64,000 nucleotides of DNA from Octopus sinensis (taxonomy: Eukaryota): assembly GCF_006345805.1 (NCBI RefSeq), contig NC_043022.1, forward strand, positions 20,026,001-20,090,000. The letters are read 5' to 3'. Positions 61,770 through 64,000 of this stretch are shown here, piece after piece; position 1 is the stretch's first letter, and each line of letters begins with the position of its first letter. Under the pieces are notes generated by a model. That model worked only from the letters and a program-made list of their open reading frames with translations, did not search any database and was not told the origin of the DNA. Position numbers and translations under genes: made by a program.

Positions 61770-63744
61770 TACCTTCAACAGATTGAAGACTTGCTCTAAA
61801 AGCACCCACAAGCCAGGTAGTGGTATTAAAAATCAGGTGATAGATTAAGCTTACTATCCAAGAACAGGAATGGTTTATTCAAAGGGATCCTGCACACATA
61901 CATCATCACCGTAACATTCACTTTTCCACGCACGCACACATATATATACAAAAGGCTTCTTTCATTTGCCATCTCCCAAATCCACTTGCAAGGTTTTGGT
62001 CAATTTGAAGCTATAGTAGATGATAGAATTTGAGGCAGATTTTCTATAACTGGATGCCCTCCCTATCACCAATGCTCAGTTTCGGAGCAAAGTAATATTT
62101 CCCCAGAAGATTGGAAACAAAGGATGCCACTTGCCTGTTGGCAATATGTGATATCAAGGCAAGGAGACAGTCACACACACACACACACAATCATATTTAT
62201 ACAAAAGGTTTCTTTCACTTTCTATCAACCAAATCTGCTCACATGGTCTTGGTCAGCCTGGGGTCTAAATCAGATGACATAGGCTAAAGTGCCATGCAAT
62301 GGAACTGAACCCAAAACCTTGAGATTAGGAAGCAAACTTCTGACTGCACAGCCATGCCTGCTTCAATTACAATCTACCATTTTCATTCACAAGGCTCAGA
62401 AGGAATTGGCTTAAGGTTATCGAAAAATATACTTTGCCATAGGTGCCATGTGGTGGGATTGAATCAGAAATCTTGAGATTGGAAAGCTAACTGTTATACC
62501 ACTCACTGATTTATTTGCCCATAAAAGAATTTACCAAGGAATTCTTAAATTGGATTCCATAGAAAATATCATTAGGTGTTTGATTTTCTATATATAAAAG
62601 ATACTTTGAAATATAGATACAAAACCATGATTAATAATGCCAAAAATGAATCATATCTTATACACACACACATACAAACATGTGTGTGTGTATGTATGTA
62701 TCTGTATATATATAAACATAGCTATACAGCTATAGGCTATAATTAATGACAGAAATGTAGGATATATATATATATATATATATTACACACAAACATACAC
62801 ATATAGATACATATTTGCATATGTATACACACACACATATATATACATTTCTGTCGTTATCAGTTATAGTTCTATATCTTTATTTCATATATACTCACAT
62901 TTGCGTGCGTGTGTGTGACTATACACACACACACACATATACATACATACACTGAGGTACAATTATGAAGCATAGATTAATAGTAATAAAATTACAGAAA
63001 TTAATCAATTAATATGTTTAATGTGACAGTAAATGAAACTTCTAATGAAGAAAGATTATTTATATATATTTACTTTAATCTCGTAGGGGGAGGGCAAGAA
63101 AATAGGCATCATAGATAAACCATCCAGATATTCATTATTCATTAAGAGAATCGGTTGCAATTAAAACAGACTCTCCCTGCCCCCACCTCTCTCTCTCTCT
63201 CTCATTCAAACTCTTTATTTCCTTTGTGCTTTGACAAAGAAACAGGAATGGATATAATTCTGTTCTTTTATCTTGGTGAATTTTTTTTTTACCACTTAAT
63301 AAAATTCAGTCTTGAAGAGTAACGATATCAAGGAACGCTTAGATACCAAAAGCTGAGATAACAATCAAGATGTTTGAAATGTAATATTATTGAGAGATGC
63401 TTTGCATTCCAGAAGCAGAAGGAACATCCAATGAATGACAGTGTCAGGAAATATTTAAAAAAAAAAAAACGTGAACTGTTGGGGAAAGACCGTGCAGATC
63501 ACAAAACACTTCTGCCAATTGTTAAAAGATGAAGAATCAAGTGGTTTTGTTACAAAAAAATGACATCATGATACCACAGCTCTTACAGTGCAAACAATAA
63601 GATCAAAGCCATTAAACACATTACCATTTGGCTTCTCAGGCACAGTATATCTTAGGCTCTATATTCTAATTTTTTTTTTCTATTTTTAAATGATATAATG
63701 TAGGCTGAGGCAAATCTGACTGCTATTTCTAATAAAGTGATGAG

Positions 63745-63794
63745 TTAACCCTTTAGCATTTTAAACAGGCCATATCTGGCCCTAATATTATACC
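63745..63794 (-). mobile_element. End of a TTAA MITE family 2 copy, interrupted by SINE-B
   Basis: TTAACCCTTTAGCATTTTAAACAGGCCATATCTGGCCCTAATATT. Confidence 0.75.
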
Positions 63795-64000
63795 TATTTC
63801 TTTACTACCCACAAGGGGCTAAACACAGAGAGGACAAACAAGCACAGACAAACGGATTAAGTCGATTATATCAACCCCAGTGCGTAACTGGTACTTATTT
63901 AATCGAGGCGGCGAGCTGGCAGAAACGTTAGCACACGGGCGAAATGCGTAGCTGTATTTCGTCTGCCACTACGTTCTGAGTTCAAATTCCGCCGAGGTCG
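63795..64000. mobile_element. SINE-B with 3' half on the - strand (63795-63905) abutting a 5' half on the + strand (63906-64000)
   Basis: Junction ...GGTACTTATTTAATCGA|GGCGGCGAGCTGGCAGAAACG... Confidence 0.88.

Overview
This is AT-rich, repeat-saturated eukaryotic DNA, either intergenic or intronic. The SINE/RTE families and dense (TA/CA/GATA/GAT)n microsatellites are most consistent with an octopus (cephalopod) genome; that is an inference from recalled repeat families, not a database search. I can support no host protein-coding gene, tRNA, rRNA or CRISPR array. Almost all ORFs in the track are microsatellite or SINE artefacts. The protein-like segments are all decayed transposon pieces: Tx1/L1-type ORF2 C-terminus (6.6-7.2 kb), CRE-type restriction-like endonuclease (14.6-15.0 kb), CR1 ORF2 end (17.1-17.5 kb), RTE ORF end with a long 3'UTR (36.5-37.8 kb), mariner transposase (49.3-50.4 kb) and Penelope GIY-YIG (57.4-57.6 kb). 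The rest is at least three tRNA-headed SINE families (my labels A, B, C), hAT, piggyBac-like and mariner MITEs, one non-autonomous Helitron and simple repeats. The most interesting signals are: (1) SINE-B shares its 3' tail with the Tx1-type LINE, and one SINE-B shows a twin-priming-like inversion, suggesting a SINE/Tx1 partnership; (2) a minimal type-I hammerhead fold sits inside a perfect 78-bp inverted duplication; (3) a CRE-clade remnant; (4) a palindromic MITE carrying two AP-1 motifs. Coordinates were counted by eye; ends of old elements may be off by 5-20 nt.
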